A stretch of 63,702 nucleotides of DNA, filler included, from Octopus bimaculoides (taxonomy: Eukaryota), in the NCBI RefSeq assembly GCF_001194135.2. It is 5 parts of 5 records of this genome, joined end to end, with 100 filler letters (N's around TTAATTAATTAA, not from the genome) between each part and the next. Parts side by side here need not be neighbours in the genome. Positions count along the whole stretch, not along the records: positions 62,448 to 63,702 come from NW_026318426.1; 4 more parts are not named here. One strand, given 5' to 3'. Of the stretch, positions 62,448 to 63,702 are shown one piece after another. The notes beneath the pieces are model-generated. The model made no database searches. It was not told where the DNA came from and saw only the letters and a program-made list of their open reading frames with translations. Position 1 is the stretch's first letter, and each line of letters opens with the position of its first letter. The position numbers were made by a program, and so were the translations under genes.

Positions 62448-62509
62448 TATACATATACATATATATACATATATACATACATATATATATATAAATTATA
62501 TATATATAC

Positions 62510-62540
<31 letters not shown>

Positions 62541-62678
62541 CATTATACATATATACATTATACATATATATATATACATATATATATATACATATATACA
62601 CATATACATATATATACATCATATATATATATATACATATACATATGTGTGTGTGTATATTCATATACATATATATAC

Positions 62679-62733
<55 letters not shown>

Positions 62734-62770
62734 NNNNNNNNNNATATGTATATATATATACATATATGTT

Positions 62771-62817
<47 letters not shown>

Positions 62818-62870
62818 ATACACATATACATATATGTATATATATATACACACACACAAATATAAATATA
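62448..62870. repeat. Compound (TA)n/(TACATA)n microsatellite; one of dozens of (TA)n, (CA)n, (TAA)n, (TAG)n and (CAT)n tracts, many abutting gaps
   Basis: Direct inspection. Confidence 0.95.
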
Positions 62871-62883
62871 AATGTATTCCTTG

Positions 62884-63070
62884 ATTCGTTTCACTCATTT
62901 GACTGCGGCCATGCTGGGGCACCGCTTTTTTAGTCGAACAAATCGACCCCCAGGACATATTCTTTGGGAGCCTAGTACCTCTATCAGTCATATTTGCTGA
63001 ACTGCTAAGTAATGGGGACGTAAAGACACCGACACCGGTTTGTCAAATGATGATGTGGACACACGGACAC

Positions 63071-63072
<2 letters not shown>
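62884..63072 (-). mobile_element. SINE family A, 3' half
   Basis: gcggccatgctggggcaccgc... Confidence 0.75.
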
Positions 63073-63112
<40 letters not shown>

Positions 63113-63186
63113 TCTCGCATGTATAGTTATTTAACATTTCTAGCGAAGGACATGTATCTCTCTCTCTCTCTCTCTCTCTCTCTCCT

Positions 63187-63274
<88 letters not shown>

Positions 63275-63400
63275 TGTGTGTGTGTGTATGTATGTATGTA
63301 TGTATGTATGTTTATATATATTCATCTATGTATAAATATGTATCTATATTCATGTATATATAAGTAGCAAGCCATATGCACTTCGATACCGTATACAAAA

Positions 63401-63436
<36 letters not shown>

Positions 63437-63702
63437 GTTTGTATACGTACATACGTGCGTGCGTAGAATTAATAAAAACATCTGCACGTACATGTGCGTA
63501 TATAAGGATAAGTGTGTGTGTATATATATATACGTGTGTCTATACACACACACACAAGTGTGTCTGTGCGTGTATTTAAGTAGGATAATCTCTCGTGTGT
63601 ATATATATATATGTGTGTGTATGTATATATATACGTTTGTCTAAGTACTTTAATATATATATATAAAGTGTAGTATATTGCCACTTAAGTGTGGCTATAT
63701 AT

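Overview
Eukaryotic, very AT-rich, gap-riddled genomic DNA. The repeat families suggest an octopus (cephalopod) genome; this is inference, not a database match. Four artificial 100-bp joins (44 N + TTAATTAATTAA + 44 N) split the window into five original pieces. The only supportable host gene is five in-frame minus-strand internal exons (34588 to 20046) of a DNAI7/CASC1-like axonemal dynein intermediate chain, which the ORF track mostly misses. The rest is transposon debris and simple repeats: several tRNA-derived SINE families, RTE, CR1-like, Tx1/L1, R4/Dong and Penelope-like retroelement fragments, an LTR with PPT, Tc1, mariner (DD34D) and rosa (DD41D) transposons, piggyBac-type MITEs and a Helitron-like 5' end. 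The most interesting signals are hammerhead-ribozyme-bearing inverted-repeat elements, one apparently a Pol III tRNA-headed SINE with a Penelope-like hammerhead tail arranged head-to-head. Also notable are a foldback element containing (TTAGGG)n/(CCCTAA)n, R4/Dong elements stacked in (TAA)n microsatellites, and two unusual degenerate satellites. All family calls rest on manual motif recognition, and TE boundaries are approximate.
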